This document shows, in pieces, positions 1-10,269 of a DNA stretch of 56,501 bases. Both the position numbers and the translations under genes were made by a program. The stretch's first letter is position 1. The number at the start of each line of letters is the position of its first letter. The notes beneath the pieces are model-generated. The model did not search any database. It was not told the DNA's origin and was given only the letters and a program-made list of their open reading frames with translations. Source of the stretch: Obrimoposthia wandeli (Eukaryota); assembly GCA_977020255.1 (NCBI GenBank), contig CDROCS010001491.1, forward strand, positions 441,500-498,000. The letters run 5' to 3'.

Positions 1-1000
1 ACTAGGAAATTGATAAACTACAAGTATAAGTGAAGGAATGTTAAGTTAAAACCTAGCAATATGCAGCTACACACGTATTTTAATAATAAAATTGATTTCT
101 ATTATCATAAAGGATTGATTCAAAAGGAACAGTTATATCAGAAGATGGTTTAGAGAGACTGTCAGTTAAACAAGGAGATCATAAGAACTAAGTTAGCACT
201 AGCTATTTCAAATCCATACATGGCAGCACCACTATTACCTCTAGGCGAAGGAGTATTTGCTAAAACCATGGGATAAGTACTGTATAGTTATAAGTACAAA
301 AACGTAGTGGTACAGTTGAGAAAAACAGAGCGATGCACAAGCGAATTGCCAGTGACGTATAATTTAAAATCACTCTTTGTAGAACCTATCACGAGAATGA
401 TACTTCCTAAAGACACTCCAACAAAAGAAATCAGCTGCTCCAATTATGGCACCTGAATATCAGATGACGAGTGATCTATGGATAACTTTACCTGACCGTA
501 AGCGAACAGCGACTCCAGAGATAATAAAAATGAGGACACTTAAAGAAAAAATGAACTTAAAAGCGGTAAGGAAAATTGAAAATGCAGGTTTATACAATGA
601 GAAAGATCTAAAAACGGCCTGGAACGAAATAATGTTTCCAGTAATAAGGACCAGAGTACTTATGGAAATTGTACATCGTGCATTACCACCAGGAGCTAGA
701 TATGCGAATTTTGATATGATATTGTTGCCAAATCATTTCAAAGAAGCAGCACATCAGACACTTAGGAAAATGTGGGGAAAATTCCTTGTTTTAGGACAAT
801 TATTTTCAATTATCATATAGGTTTTTATATTATAATTAAATTAGTACAGGTAATTATAGCTCAGGTGTTGTCTACATATAGTTTGTACAGGATAACCGGA
901 ATCACTTGGCAACTTATAATTGGATGTTTTCCATTTTTAGCGAAATATCTAATGTATCATCATCACGAGAATGAGTTACGAGCCATCAAGAAGGAGCAAC
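1..1000 (+). pseudogene. Chuvirus/Monjiviricetes-like fusion glycoprotein (env-like), C-terminal half with TM region; disrupted
   Basis: Frame +1 reads DCQLNKEIIRTKLALAISNPYMAAPLL..GEGVFAKTMG*VLYSY...VQLRKTERCTSELPVTY..KSLFVEPITRMI, frameshifts into ORF 446 (MAPEYQM...GLYNEKDL...IMFP...WGKFLVLG) and ORF 772 (hydrophobic FYIIIKLVQVIIAQV...GITWQLIIGCF). Pattern recognised as chuvirus-type glycoprotein; stops at 31, 151, 274. Confidence 0.8.
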
Positions 1001-1304
1001 ATCAAGCTAGAACTATACTACGAGAACCAAAGAACCGCCATGACGACGACAACGACGATAACGATAGTCCAAGAGACTATACAAAAATACCAAATACAGG
1101 ACATCCAAAGATCCCACTAAAAAACAAGAAGGAGCCAACACCAAACCTATATCCAATGAAGGAATTGAAGGAAGAGAAAGAAATGTTCAAGAGAGGCATT
1201 TTAATGATAAGACGGCCTAGAGTGAACTATAATGAGATTCCACAGAAAAAGATTTTAAAAATAATTCCAGAAGAACTCTGAAGTCTAGGATATCTAACGA
1301 GAAT

Positions 1305-1592
1305 CCGAATGATCCACCACAAGTAGCAGTAACAATGAACGGAAAAGAATATCTTACCGATGTCGATACTGGATCTGCAGTATCAGTACTGAGTAAAGAA
1401 ATCTTGTCATCAAAAGAATTAGAGGAAATATGTCCTAGGAAACAAACATTTGTCTACGTAAAGGGAACAGATGTAGTATCAGAAGGAACACTGAAATGTA
1501 AATTAACTATTGATGGAAGAGCATTGCAGATAAATGCCAAAATATTCACAGATTGTGGTAGTCCAGTCATGATTGGAATGGACGTGATATGA
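1305..1592 (+). pseudogene. Retropepsin-like aspartic protease (copy 1)
   Basis: PPQVAVTMNGKEYLTDVDTGSAVSVLS ... SPVMIGMD: catalytic DTG and distal IIGxD-like motif. Confidence 0.85.
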
Positions 1593-1859
1593 ATGTTTGA
1601 AGGAATAATAATAGTACCAAACAACAAGAGTTCAAAGAACAACAGTTGAGTGAGAGAGCTAAAGATGTTGAGAAGATCTACAGATAATGGAAAGACTACA
1701 CTAGTTTATATATAGGAAACATGTACCGGAACAGGAGACAGGAAGTGTTAGTGAGGTCGTTAATTCATTAAGAAGGAGTAAATGACGAACTACAAGCAAT
1801 GCGTAAGAGGGAATTATAATATGACACATTGAGAAACAAGGATCCTTCTAGATTTGAAA

Positions 1860-2870
1860 AGCACAGACGAAGATCACTAGAACCAAATTTTTCAAAATAA
1901 ATATTATGCAAAATGGCGAGAACTGGTTTACAAATGTTAAACGGAGACACGACTGATGACTCTGGTTTTAAAAAAGTAGTACGTTATATAAATTGTAGAA
2001 TGAATTTTAGAAATTGGGAAGACGTATATAACCCAATGAAACTATATAAATTGAAAGCGCCAACATGGCCATTCCTCCTAAACCTGAGAACTGCAAATGA
2101 ACCAGAAATTCAAACTGGGAAAGCACCTGACTTTGACAATAGTGATCAGATTCCAGAAAGAGAAACAGCCCAAATAACAGGCATGTGATAAAAAATAGTC
2201 GAATTGAAGATATATTCGAAGTAATGCGAGAAATAAACGAATGTGACGAACAATATCGAAAAGTAACCTTTGAAGATTCAAGACTTAAAAAGCTGGCAAA
2301 TAAGGGACTATTTGCTATAAAAAAGGATGGTAAAGAAGTAATTAAATGTCATAAATGCAAAAGAAACGAATTATTGATAGATATACTCTTGAGTTACCTA
2401 AAAAAGGTTTACATCATTTACATACATTTAAAAAACAAAAAGAACCAAAAACAGAATGTATAGTTGAATACCAAATAACACGAAAAGATATTTTGGCTCA
2501 ACAAGACACACTAGTAGTGTCATTCGTGAGAAGATTATATCCAAAAGAATCAGACAGGATCAGAGAATTGGTAGAATTGAAAATAAAAATTACACGGAAT
2601 GGATACGGATCAATTTTTGAATTATTACGAGATAAAAATGACAGTACAATTGAACCAAAGGAGAAAGAGTACATAAATGAATTAGAATACATGCTGGAAG
2701 ATCCGGAATGTGCAGTTTGCATGATCAACAAAGTAGAAGTTGCCTTTTTACCGTGTGGACATGTGAGAACATGTCGGAGATGTGCAAACGAAATGTTAAC
2801 ATGTCCGATTTCTAGAAAGATAATAGATCGACAAGTGAGAAATATTAGATCTCACTATCCAAACAAAGGA
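1860..2870 (+). pseudogene. IAP-like module (BIR, divergent BIR, C-terminal RING) inside the retroelement
   Basis: BIR1: RRRSL..KMARTGL...VR[Y]INC-X16-[Y]-X6-[W]PFL, exact BIR spacing with three Zn ligands each one base change away; BIR2-like: YRKVTF..KLANKGLF..VIKCHKC; RING: CAVCMINKVEVAFLPCGHVRTCRRCANEMLTCPISRKII (IAP-type C3HC4). Confidence 0.82.
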
Positions 2871-2929
2871 AGTGGACCGACAAAATGTAATAATTCGATA
2901 AATACAATATACCATATGGGAAATATAAA

Positions 2930-3030
2930 TGGAGCACAGCGACCAGCAGCTATCATTAGAGTCAATAATTTGAAAATAAAAGCCTTAATTTACACGGGCG
3001 CAGTAACATCGATAGTGAGTGAAGAAGCAC
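2930..3030 (+). pseudogene. Second aspartic protease remnant fused by deletion to the RT-RNase H connection
   Basis: IRVNNLKIKALI[Y]TGAVTSIVSEE (D to Y in DTG) followed directly by AQQALEDLKVRLIKAP. Confidence 0.75.
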
Positions 3031-4680
3031 AACAAGCGTTGGAAGATCTAAAGGTAAGACTGATAAAAGCACCGATATTAGCGTTTCCGGATATAAATCG
3101 ACAATTCATACTAATGACAGATGCAAATAACTATGCTGTAGAAGCAGTATCAGGACAAGAGGATAAGTAAGGAAGAAAACACGTCATCGCATATGCAAGT
3201 ATATGGTTAAATAGAGTAGAAAGAGGATACTCTGTTATCGAAAAGGAATGTCTAGCCATAGTATATTCATGTAGACAGTACAGACACTACTTGCTAGGAC
3301 AAAAAGTATTCCTGTATACAGATCACAAACCACTACAGTTCTTGTATAAACATAGAGACGAGATGAGCCAATTAAACCGATGGTTTCTGAAATTAGCTGA
3401 ATTTAATCTAGAAATCTGATATAGAACCGGAAAGTCGAATGGCAACGCAGATTGTTTGTCGAGATTTGCCAATGTAGATGAAAAAGGAAACATTATTCAA
3501 TAAGAAGGTCAAGGTGAAGTCAATGACCAGGGAGGAGAAGCAAATATACAGACAAATTTGCTGAAAACAGTAAAATAGACAAATAAATCATCAAGGAACA
3601 GAAGGAAGATAAAGAATTGAGTCTAATCAAAGAACTGTTAGTGAAAGAAGATCTAAATGATGAAATGACGAGAAAATACTCGATAAAAGAAGGAATATTG
3701 TATATTGTCAACAAAGTCGGAAAGATAGTAGTAGTAATTCCGAAGTCATTGAGAACGGCAGTGATGATCCAGTATCACGATGGAACACTGGGAGGACATC
3801 TGTCAGGACGAAAGACAATATCGAGAATTAAAGAGAAATACCATTGGGATGGTATGGAAGACGAGATAAAACAACAATTCAAAACCAGAATGCTGAAACA
3901 ATAGCACAAATCCTGGTAGAAGAGATAATATTTCGATATGGAGTACCTAGAAAATTATTAATTGATCAAGGAAAGAATTTCACTGGAGAAGTAATAAAAG
4001 CAGTATCGAAGATATTCGGAATTATGAAGTTACAAACTTCACCATATCACCCACAAACTGACGGTCTAGTAGAAAGGTTTAATAAAACTATCTGTATGAT
4101 GATACAATCTTATTGCTCCGATAAGCAAGATGATTGGGATAAGTATTTACCTTCATATTTATATGCTTACAGGAATTCAGTTCGAGAGGTGACGGGCCAC
4201 ACACCATTATATCTGATGTATCTCAGACAGAACAATATGCCAATGGATCTGGAGTGGACCCAACCAATATCTCAGTACCTAGAAACTGAAGAATACATTG
4301 TCGTCATGAAAGAAAGACTACAAGATTCTTGGACTAATACAGGGTTGAAATTGAAATTCAATCAAGAAAATTACAAGGAACAATACGACAAGAAAGCAAA
4401 ACCACACGAATTTAGAGTCGGAGATCAAGTGATGCTATTCTATCTAGTAATCAAACCAATTATATCGTTTAAACTTCATAGACCATACAAAGGACCATAC
4501 AAGGTGATACAGACAACCTCAACAAATTTGAAAGTAATCAACGAGGAGATCAGGAACAAAGAACCGATGATAGTACATGCGAACCGATGTAAACTGGTAC
4601 CGAATAAAGATAATGCGTCACGATATGAGCTACAATCACAGAAATTGAAGCCGAATACCAATACAATTAAACTTACATGA
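3030..4680 (+). pseudogene. Pol remnant: RNase H, integrase Zn-binding region and truncated integrase core
   Basis: Motifs as above; RT core (YxDD) absent; integrase lacks the segment between EDEIKQ and IQNQNAETIAQ. Confidence 0.9.
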
Positions 4681-5204
4681 ATGGTAAGTGATCGAAACTA
4701 CATAAATACGATGACAAATGGTAACGATGAAAAACCAATGATAATTGGTATGCTCAGAATGAAGCACCAAGTGGAAAGAGAAGTAATCCGACACATCGCA
4801 CCACAAGAGATATTAGAAGAAGACGAAGAGATCATAGTCGTTTTCGAAAAACAAAACCGACAGATGTAGCGAAAGAAGTTATTTTGAAAGATGCATTAAC
4901 AAAGAAAATTCTGTGTGAACTTAGAGTGTCATATTTCGATGGAAATACACTAGTCGTGGAACTTCATCAAAACTCCAATGTGTTTATGTCTGAGAAAGTG
5001 ATCATAGAAATCTCACTGACACAATGGCAGAACTATGACAGTACAGAAATAGGACTAGTCGGTCAGGAAGAAAAAGAATCAGCTGGTGGTCATATACTTC
5101 ATGGTACACTGAAAAGACTCAGACAAGAATACCATGATCTGATAATGGTATTACGTAATCCTATGAATATTAAAATAAATTATATTAAATGTAAACATAC
5201 CTAA
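4681..5204 (+). pseudogene. Unassigned accessory ORF(s) downstream of integrase
   Basis: Two near-contiguous ORFs with the same A-rich composition as the element; no recognisable motif. Confidence 0.35.
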
Positions 5205-6079
5205 ATATTTCGAAATTAAATTACATATTTTACCTACAACAATTTCTGGAGTATCAATTTTTGAGAAGTTATTTTTTTTATAATCTTCCATTAAATCTGG
5301 AGATAATTTAATGTTTAATTTATTCCAATTTATTTTATTATCCATGTTATAAAAATTATTATATATAAAATTTTTATATTTAATATGCTGATGCAAAATA
5401 TTCAGACAATTATGTAACATATTTAGACAATTATGTAACACTATATATAAGCAATAAAGACAAAAGAAAAAATAATATTAAAAAAATTTTTTTTTGCCTC
5501 TTCCGGTTTATTCTGGAGGATTCTCTTTCTTGCAGCTCGCCGATTGTCCTCCATCTCCTCTCTTATTTTTTAATCCAGTTTTTTTTAACCAATTCAATTT
5601 TTTTGTTTCACTCCACGATCCGTTGTAGTTCTGCTAGCCACCTGTCCTGAATCTCCACTCTACTATTCCACTCAGTCGCGACATTTGTGTAGAGATTCTG
5701 ATTGAGGAACCTCTTTCTTAAATCCCCTTACTTCTAATTTCTCCTGATATTTTCTTCTATCTTTGTCACGAGACTTTTCATTTTAATAAATTCCATATTT
5801 TAATTATGAAAAGGTTAATAATATATATAAATTTAAGATATTTTTAATCCAATCACATTCAATTAAATTTTATATTTTTATTTATCATATGACAGTTTAA
5901 TAAATCTATAACTAATCATTGCATTTCTATATAAATTTTAAACTTTAAAAAAATTTAAAAACATGTAGAATTATTCCTAATTAATCCAATCACATTCAAA
6001 TAAGTTAACTATTTTTTTCATCTTGATATTTTAATAAACTTAAATATTGTATTTTAATATTACCCTGTATATATGTATT

Positions 6080-7350
6080 GCTCGTTAGGCCATGGCGGGC
6101 CTGAAAGGCACGCGTTGGCCCTTAGATGGCTTCTCAGGCACTTCCTCACTCTGAGGGAGCACTATGAGATTTTCAATTTTAAAGGGTGTTAAATGGGGTT
6201 AATTAGTTTTTCAGGGTGTTGGGCGGGGGTAGGGTGATAGAAAATTTCACTCCACACACATGTACTCCGCACACATACTCAAAATTTCACTCCACATACA
6301 TGCACGGTTTTAAAGGACAGTGGTAGCCCCCCCGGTGGAGGGAGGAGGAAGTGGATTAGATCGGACACATCCACCTACTAACTATATGTTGTATCTCCAA
6401 ATTGTACAAATTCGAATCGTTGCCTTTAAAACTTACAATCTTCAAATTCTATAAATTGTTGTATAATCTCCAAATTCTATATTCATTAAAAGATCCACGA
6501 TGGGGATATATCAAAAATCAAATTGTAACCACTAAATTGTTGTCAAATATATTTTGAGAATTACTTATTGATAAATTGTTTTAGATGAAATTGTGTCACA
6601 ATAATGTTAAGTTGCTTTAAGTCTGCAGTTTTATAAGGGATACATTAGTCCGATATGAAGAAATAATATAAGCAAAACAAAAATGTTTCAGTCTGCTACT
6701 GCTGCAGAAAGTGGGGGTAAATGTCGCCATAGGTAGGGAGACAGCGAAAGGGATAATTGCTACAAAATAGGGCAGATGGAAAAACTGCAATTCCCAAGCC
6801 AGCTTCGACTGCAGAAGGACCAATCCGATTCCGGATCACAGAAGAATATCAGTTCTAGGTCCGTATGCACAATATAAATCCCCACAGCATTTGGGCAGCC
6901 AGAGATTAAACTGCTTTGGAGATAGTGGCAGGGAGTTAGAGAGGGATGGAAGAGGAGTGGGCATTAGAGAGGCGGTCGATGCTGCTGTCCGAAATGTCAG
7001 ATGCAATGGTCCGTTTTGTAGTTTCCGTGCATGGATGATGGAGGAGGATGATAAATGTGATACCGTGAAGGTAGGCAGAGAACGCTACCAGTTGGATCCG
7101 GGTAGTTTCAGAGCGGTTAGGCAACCGATCAGGTCTAGGGCTGCCCGAGACAGAGAGGCCGCTGCTACTGGGTGGTTAATATTTTGAGGGTTAAAACCGC
7201 TTTACTTTTTTGTCAGATTTATCTCTGACATTTTGCCATCTCCCTGATGAGGCCAAGGTAGGCCGAAACGGGTTTATCCCGTCGGAGGTTGACTTAGAAA
7301 AATACCTCCCTGATTAAGGGCACCTCAGCAAAAATGTCAATTTTAATTGA
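6080..7350 (+). mobile_element. Non-autonomous hammerhead-bearing retroelement (Penelope-like pLTR or retrozyme-like), putative
   Basis: GC-richer island bounded by a degenerate hammerhead-like motif (6081-6123) and an intact one (7239-7289) with weakly similar downstream sequence; no RT or GIY-YIG recognised. Confidence 0.45.
7239..7289 (+). ncRNA. Type I hammerhead ribozyme
   Basis: CTGATGA (7244-7250), stem II GGCC/AAGGTA/GGCC, GAAA (7265-7268), stem III ACGGG/TTTAT/CCCGT, GTC cleavage triplet (cut after 7283), stem I ATCTCC (7238-7243) pairing with GGAGGT (7284-7289) with one G-U. Confidence 0.92.
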
Positions 7351-7439
7351 TCTAATTTAATTTATTTTAAAACCCAATTTTTATTGATATAATTTAATTT
7401 ATTTCGAAACCCAACATATATGAAAAATTACTTCTATAA

Positions 7440-7690
7440 ATAACTATAAATAACTCCAATAAGACCATCGTTTTGCTTCAGTAAACCCTTATGTTTATCA
7501 GTTGCCCTTTTCACATTAATAATATTACGCAAATCCTTGCGATTTTTTCGAAGTTTTGATTGTGTTTAACGATATTTTACAAAACTTCAACTGATCTATT
7601 AATTACAAAAGATTTCAAAGATTTCAAAATAGCAGGTCTAAATAGCAGGTGTGGCTTTAATAGAGTTTGAAAGTATAGAGTAACTCTGTT
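7440..7690 (-). pseudogene. Polinton small basic core-like protein (QKGGF-type), decayed
   Basis: NIVKHN..KLRKNRKDLRNIINVKRATDKHKGLLKQNDGLIGV; homologous to ORF 31067 (DIVKGKV...RQKGGFIGALL). Confidence 0.55.
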
Positions 7691-8039
7691 GGACTGCATT
7701 ATTAGAAGCGGTCGATGAGTTTACAGGTTAATTTTGTTAGTTGGATTATTATCATTCTGTTTAGGTGTGTTGTTCAACTTTTACCATTTCCGTAAAATTA
7801 TTTACGTTTTCTTGACTTTTTTGTCAAGCTGACTTTTTCTTAGGCTGAAATATTGATGTTACAACTTTACGTTGCTTAAGTACACAGCTTATAGTCGTTT
7901 TCACTTCATTATTTTTCTTAACAGCTGATTCTCGTTAATTTTAATATAATCATCAGATTTATATTTAGAAGCTGTAGAAAAGGCATCATTTCATTATTAA
8001 AAGACATAATTAATGGTTTTAAACGCGAGTCTTTTGATT

Positions 8040-8600
8040 ATAAACATAGGCATTTGTGAAAATATCTGTTATCACAAGTATATCATTGCGATATCCCGGT
8101 TAAAAATCCAGAAACAAATAACGGGGGATTTCTACGTTACATCTTTAAATGCATCAATTACATATAATCTGATATAGGGAAAAGATTGTCATGCAGCAAA
8201 ATCAAAGACAGTCTGATCTCTCAGATTATAAACTAACATCAAATAATGCAAGTTCAAATTTCTAGTACGATGTTGACTACCTTGATGAAAAATGTGTGTT
8301 GAAACATAGTAACTGTAACATGCATATGCTTGGAAATCGTTGTAAGTATGATTAACACTTGCGCCTTTATTAGCTTTTTCATACAAATCATCAAAAACAA
8401 CAACATTTTATATTATTTTAACATATCTGATCAATTTCCATCAAAACCATCAATGAATTTCACCTGGTTTACAAACACTACCATAATGCCAATAGATTTT
8501 GTCAAATTTATCATAAGCTTGTATTATCTTGTATTATTTGATTTCAAAATGGGTTTTACCACTACCAGATTGTTTTTACATACTTTTTATTAACAAATAC
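8040..8600 (-). pseudogene. Polinton genome-packaging ATPase (A32/FtsK-HerA type), decayed
   Basis: Walker A QSGSGKTHF, Walker B VVVFDDL, then THIFHQGSQHRTRNLNLHYLMLVYNLRDQ and YLFLDF motifs. Confidence 0.88.
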
Positions 8601-8871
8601 AAACATGTTTTATTGAATAATTTAATTTATGAAGATTTTGTTTAAGATAAATATTGAGTAGCTGTCCGGTAATGCAGGACATATTTTCTCGCACGAAGTC
8701 AAGACCACTTCAAATTATCTAGAAGCAATATCTAGGTCATAAAAATAAACTCCCCAACTTTTATTTTGCATTTAAATTTGAAATGTGTTTATCGGTATGA
8801 GTATGTGATTGCCTATCATTGATTAATGATTTTGGCATATCAAGTTTAAAATTTAAAAGGTGTGTTTTCAT

Positions 8872-9326
8872 ATTGAGATAGCTAATAATAATTATAATGG
8901 TTTTGTATATGGAGATGTTAGTCATTTGCTTTACAAACGAGGTAAATAGTGTGTATGTTTAAAAATTGCACAGATTATACGCTTGTTATTTTCAGATCAG
9001 ATGATTATTCAATTTGATTTCTTTAATTATTATTAGGGAATTGAAGTATAATTGATTGTATGGTGCCATTTGGTAGAGAACGTATATATTATCCAACTAA
9101 AATAAATGTTAACTGTATTCAGTCAGTCACAGAAACTGCAAACCTGAGTAAAATAATCAATCTCATCAAATTATCTTAGTTCATGAGTTCAACATGCATG
9201 TTTAAACCAGAAATATTTCCATCAGTTAGATGTCTCAAGTACAATCCTCCACATGTAAATATATTTAGAAGTAATACAGTCATTATTTTCCGATTAACTA
9301 GTTTAGACTATTACCTTAAGATTTAG
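8872..9326 (+). pseudogene. TBP-like protein, Polinton-borne, copy 1
   Basis: DYTLVIFRSG...CIQSVTETANLSKIINLIKL...CMFKPEIFPSVRCLKYNPPHVNIFRSNTVII, alignable by eye to both TBP repeats (TALIFSSGK; IQN...IRL...YEPELFPGL...LIFVSGKVV). Confidence 0.75.
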
Positions 9327-10135
9327 CAAAGGTATGATTTTTCAAGACGGTGTCGACTTTAGATAATGAGATAACTTGTATATTTTTTCGAACTACATTA
9401 GAAAATTGGTCACGCAACGATTAACCAATGAAACATCATAAGAAAATTTGTACTGTATGTTCATTCATTATAAAAATCTATGTATCTAATAAACACACGG
9501 TGGTTAAACAGGGCGAAGATATTATAAATTTTGATAAAACTCCATTGGATAAACCAGTTGTTCGTAATAATGATTAAGATCATATTGTAATTTCTATATG
9601 ATCGATTATTCCACATGTATATATTTGAATTAATTTATATCAGTATTGTGTTTGTCAGAAAGTAGTACGTCATCTTGATTGCATTGCAGCTATTCCGGGA
9701 GAAATTTCTTATATATCAGAGGGACCTAGTATAGGTATCAAGAATCCATTTATTGCCGAATAATATTTAATATGATTAAACTATTATTTAAATAGACACT
9801 CGCCAGATAAATCTGTTGAAACGTTATTACAGTCTAAATAGAATAAAGTCAGTTTAGTAAATATTTCTCTAACACGGGGTAAACATTAAGACTCAACATG
9901 TGAATTTCTAATCAATTTAACATTTTTACAATTAAAAACTGAAGACAGGGTTGTAAATTATCTTGAATATTTATTACCAGATCCAGAATGTGTTGTTTGC
10001 ATGTTAGACATGATTGAAGTAGCATTCTTACCATGTGGACACTTAAACACATGTAATAAATGTTCAGTCGCTTTATTACATGCCTATATTGTAAGAGATT
10101 TATTATACAGGAATGTATATCAGATTTCATGGTAA
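9315..10135 (+). pseudogene. IAP-like gene (BIR + RING), Polinton-borne
   Basis: DLAKV*FFKT..DNEITCIF[F]RTTLENWSRND*PMKHHKKICTVCSFI fits BIR C-X2-C-X16-H-X6-C with the second C mutated; RING DPECVVCMLDMIEVAFLPCGHLNTCNKCSVAL, then frameshifted CLYCKRFI. Confidence 0.85.
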
Positions 10136-10269
10136 AACAATTTAAGGTTTATAGACTGTTGAAAAAATAAATTACAATGATAAAGTTGAACATGCTGGTA
10201 ATGAAATAATGCGTGGAAGTGTTGTATCAAGGAGGTATTTTTCAGCATTACTGAAATGCAATCGATACC

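Larger units (their letters stand above)
1..4680 (+). mobile_element. Decayed Ty3/Gypsy-type LTR retroelement, internal region (5' end outside window; own LTRs not seen)
   Basis: Retropepsin DTG motif (~1370), RT-RNase H connection LIKAPILAFPD, RNase H (TDA...IAYAS...YSVIEKECLAIV...YTDHKPL...NADCLSR), integrase H2C2 region (YHDGTLGGHLSGRKT) and core (DQGKNF...YHPQTDGLVERFNKT); RH-before-IN order is Gypsy-type; many stops and frameshifts. Confidence 0.93.

Noticed and set aside
6617-7187. ORFs 6617(-), 6891(+) and 6936(-), and a possible Zn knuckle CYCCRKWG
   Set aside because: Short ORFs expected in GC-richer DNA; the knuckle is incomplete; no RT or GIY-YIG motifs found.
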